A program made the position numbers and the translations under genes. A DNA stretch of 64,000 nt from Mobula hypostoma (Eukaryota): NCBI RefSeq assembly GCF_963921235.1, contig NC_086098.1, positions 100,812,001 through 100,876,000 of the forward strand, read 5' to 3'. This document shows, in pieces, positions 63,670-64,000 of the stretch. The notes under the pieces were generated by a model that ran no database searches, had not been told where the DNA came from, and was given only the letters and a program-made list of their open reading frames with translations. The first letter of the stretch is position 1, and every line of letters starts with the position of its first letter.

Positions 63670-63869
63670 TTGAAAACCTCAGGTTGAAACCCCTGGAGGA
63701 GAGACGATAGTGATAAAAGATCTACTGTTGCTATGGCTATAACAAGAAAATATCGGCCGAGACAAATGTCCAGGATCGCTACCGTGTAACTGGGAATTTG
63801 TTCTGTTAAATCATACCAAGGGATTTTATAGGTGTTTTTTTGTACAAGTATTGTCAATTGACTTTCCAT
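63670..63869 (-). CDS. Candidate first coding exon of an unidentified minus-strand gene (66 codons, phase 2)
   Basis: Strong Kozak context accATGG, open frame MESQLTILVQKN...LLQGFQPEVF, then AA|GTAAGT donor. Locally CpG-enriched, non-repeat DNA. Confidence 0.45.
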
Positions 63870-64000
63870 GGTTGATCAACTATTTCATCGAATGAAACAA
63901 GAGACAAGATCGCGAGCCACCGGAGATGAACCAGTGCAAGAACAAAATGTTTCATGACGTAGAGGATTTAATACGGTTGGATGCATAAGTTTATTTTCAT

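Noticed and set aside
63830-63869. Resemblance of QLTILVQKN to the ABCA-family N-terminal QLxxLxWKN motif
   Set aside because: The Trp is missing and the following sequence does not fit, so it is too weak to name a gene.

Overview
Eukaryotic, AT-rich, repeat-dense vertebrate DNA. The mix of CR1 LINEs, Neptune-type Penelope-like elements (PLEs), Rex1/Babar and V-SINE/HE1-like SINEs suggests a cartilaginous fish, probably a ray (inference). It looks intronic or intergenic: no complete host gene is present and most ORF-track entries are transposon fragments or noise. Main contents: many CR1 copies (one young, ~11985-13750), PLEs including a near-intact RT+GIY-YIG copy (17129-18827), a young Rex1/Babar (26209-28654), R4/Dong and L1 fragments, hAT-Charlie, Harbinger and Tc1 derivatives, tRNA-derived SINEs, and a Gypsy LTR element (30636-36261) with two related solo LTRs. 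Two observations stand out. (1) The Gypsy element lacks RT/RNaseH/integrase and instead carries an intronless, sense-oriented fragment of the host splicing-factor gene RBM25, consistent with LTR-mediated mRNA capture. (2) PLE termini carry minimal type I hammerhead-ribozyme motifs, and three short TSD-flanked insertions consist only of this terminus fused to its own inverted copy at the ribozyme. A few unidentified candidate host exons are also noted. Family assignments come from recalled motifs, not database searches, and the boundaries of decayed repeats are approximate.
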